From positions 1-40,888 of the forward strand of contig CAYGDK010000002.1 of the NCBI GenBank assembly GCA_964348645.1: a DNA stretch of 40,888 nucleotides, read 5' to 3'. Position 1 is the first letter of the stretch; each line of letters starts with the position of its first letter. This stretch comes from an uncultured Candidatus Saccharibacteria bacterium. GTDB lineage: Bacteria > Patescibacteriota > UBA1384 > 2-12-FULL-50-11. The position numbers and the translations under genes were made by a program. Under the pieces are notes generated by a model. It was not told the origin of the DNA. It did not search any database and saw only the letters and a list, made by a program, of their open reading frames with translations. Positions 40,653 through 40,888 of the stretch are shown here, piece after piece.

Positions 40653-40888
40653 TTATTTTATATAATATCCCTGTAACCTTTGTAAACCTTGTTCTCTAGG
40701 ATTCATGTATAAAAGATCTCCACTACCGATTAACTTTTCTGCTCCCACTTCGTCCAAAATTACTTGGCTATCTATTTTTGTACTAACCATAAACGATACC
40801 CTTGTTGGTATGTTTGCTTTGATTAAGCCTGTTATAACATCAACTGATGGCCTTTGTGTAGCAACTACAAGGTGTATACCTACTGCTC
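40653..40888 (-). CDS. 3' end of the same exonuclease-FtsK ORF
   Basis: Hand translation: ..[70 protein letters not shown], stop TAA at 40653-40655. 1730 + 181 unique nt = 1911 nt = 637 codons. Confidence 0.85.
   Translation of the reverse strand, partial: AVGIHLVVATQRPSVDVITGLIKANIPTRVSFMVSTKIDSQVILDEVGAEKLIGSGDLLYMNPREQGLQRLQGYYIK
40834..40888. repeat. Terminal overlap, copy 2 (identical to 1-55)
   Basis: Direct comparison with bases 1-55. Confidence 0.95.

Noticed and set aside
1-40888. Possibility of stop-codon recoding or suppressor tRNAs
   Set aside because: All long genes, including the 2289-aa ORF, are open in the standard code. The readable tRNA anticodons are sense (UGU, GUU, UUG, UGG, CCA, GUC, GUA-like). 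No CUA, UCA or UUA anticodon loop could be folded.
1-40888. CRISPR arrays, integrase/attP, transposases, reverse transcriptase/DGR
   Set aside because: No regularly spaced direct repeats were seen, and no ORF carries recombinase, RT or DDE motifs. The only mobile-element-like gene is the HNH endonuclease.

Overview
The window is a complete tailed-phage genome of about 40.83 kb. Bases 1-55 are identical to 40834-40888, and a coding frame reads through that junction. The genome is AT-rich and uses the standard genetic code. Sigma70-type -35/-10 boxes, an M23 peptidase, and FtsK, RecT and beta-clamp-like genes point to a bacterial host. No integrase, CRISPR array or rRNA was seen.

Almost everything is on the minus strand. 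Reading in the direction of transcription, from high to low coordinates:
- An early region of many very small ATGA-overlapping ORFs. It includes an MmcB-like nuclease, Zn-ribbon and TM micro-proteins, a short beta-clamp-like protein, a Lys-rich protein and a methionine aminopeptidase.
- A tRNA array: Asn, Gln, Pro, Trp and Asp, plus two non-canonical tRNA-like elements behind a structured leader.
- Terminase small and large subunits, then a methyltransferase + glycosyltransferase pair.
- Portal, scaffold and major capsid.
- A tail/fibre block with a Gly-rich fibre and a 2289-aa polyvalent virion protein (HExxH plus a lysozyme-like C-terminus).
- A lysis cassette (M23 peptidase plus TM proteins) and an HNH endonuclease.
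- A small HTH protein, RecT, and an exonuclease-FtsK fusion that spans the linearisation point.

The only plus-strand unit lies at 2714-3677. It holds a promoter, tRNA-Thr, a single-RRM RNA-binding protein, an ORF-free helix-rich segment of about 330 nt, and an intrinsic terminator.

The most interesting leads are:
- the RRM/structured-RNA island;
- a class-II tRNA (Tyr-GUA-like) interrupted by about 47 nt right after position 37, and the neighbouring tRNA-like element that lacks an anticodon arm;
- the exonuclease-FtsK fusion;
- the phage-borne MetAP;
- a regular placement of -10 hexamers 5-7 nt from start codons, which implies leaderless mRNAs.

All calls come from reading and hand-translating the sequence. 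No database search was run.
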